Below the pieces are notes generated by a model. That model saw only the letters and a program-made list of their open reading frames with translations. It did no database searches and was not told the origin of the DNA. Below are positions 63,675 to 64,000 of a stretch of 64,000 nucleotides of DNA, one piece after another. Each line of letters begins with the position of its first letter. The stretch's first letter is position 1. The stretch covers positions 94,065,385 to 94,129,384 of the forward strand of contig NC_068985.1 in NCBI RefSeq assembly GCF_001194135.2, written 5' to 3'. This DNA comes from Octopus bimaculoides. Lineage: Eukaryota. The translations under genes and the position numbers were made by a program.

Positions 63675-63998
63675 TTAGTGATCCCTCAAGTGACTTTGAA
63701 GTCCGGCTGCTGAGCGACAAGGTCTACAACACAGATGACAAATGTTCAAGCCTCTTGATCCTTGCTCGCTGGTATCTGATTCTAAGGAAACGCCTCTGTG
63801 AACCAGCATATGTCTCTTAAGTCCGGGTATTGTTTTAGAAACCTTGTGACATATGCCACATGTCGCAGAAGGCGGTTGGTATTTAGGGTGTCTGGAATTT
63901 CTACCCTCATGTGTTTTCATGTCATTCACATATCCTGCTTTTGACAGAAGAACGCGATCACATACAGTACACATCCTATATTCTCCACTGTTTACAAT
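63675..63998 (-). CDS. C-terminus of an ORF with three C2H2 zinc fingers, probably the 3' end of an RTE-like LINE
   Basis: The frame is open from the window edge (IVNSGEYRMCTVC...). There are three CX2CX12HX3H units; the first has H replaced by D. No TGEKP linkers. The stop is followed by about 85 nt ending gcggtcgtcgtcatatatac inside a SINE microsatellite. Confidence 0.7.
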   Translation of the reverse strand: MVNSGEYRMCTVCDRVLLSKAGYVNDMKTHEGRNSRHPKYQPPSATCGICHKVSKTIPGLKRHMLVHRGVSLESDTSEQGSRGLNICHLCCRPCRSAAGLQSHLRDH

Positions 63999-64000
63999 TT

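Noticed and set aside
1-64000. CRISPR arrays, rRNA genes or prokaryotic operons
   Set aside because: None seen; the sequence has the repeat structure of an animal nuclear genome.

Overview
AT-rich, microsatellite- and gap-rich eukaryotic DNA. It is most likely a draft octopus (coleoid cephalopod) assembly; this is an inference from the SINE families, the LINE types and the density of (TA)/(CA)/(AAT) repeats. I cannot identify any host gene with confidence, only a few weak exon candidates. The window is dominated by retroelement debris: five R4/Dong-like LINE pieces (RT, CCHC knuckle, restriction-like endonuclease), RTE and CR1 remnants, the 3' end of an RTE-like ORF with three C2H2 fingers, about 25 tRNA-derived SINE copies from at least three families (called A, B and C here), a TA-flanked MITE and Penelope-like terminal fragments. 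The most interesting signals are: (1) a short element combining a tRNA-like Pol III head, an (AAT)n linker, a minimal type-I hammerhead ribozyme and a 5' hairpin (39347-39611, minus), with a second hammerhead of the same design at 25977-26011; (2) a foldback element with a target-site duplication that carries a (CCCTAA)n-(TTAGGG)n telomeric hairpin (28207-28944); (3) two LINE fragments 37 kb apart that join in frame, as expected if an inversion split one copy. Boundaries of decayed repeats are approximate, and family assignments come from motif recognition by eye, not from database searches.
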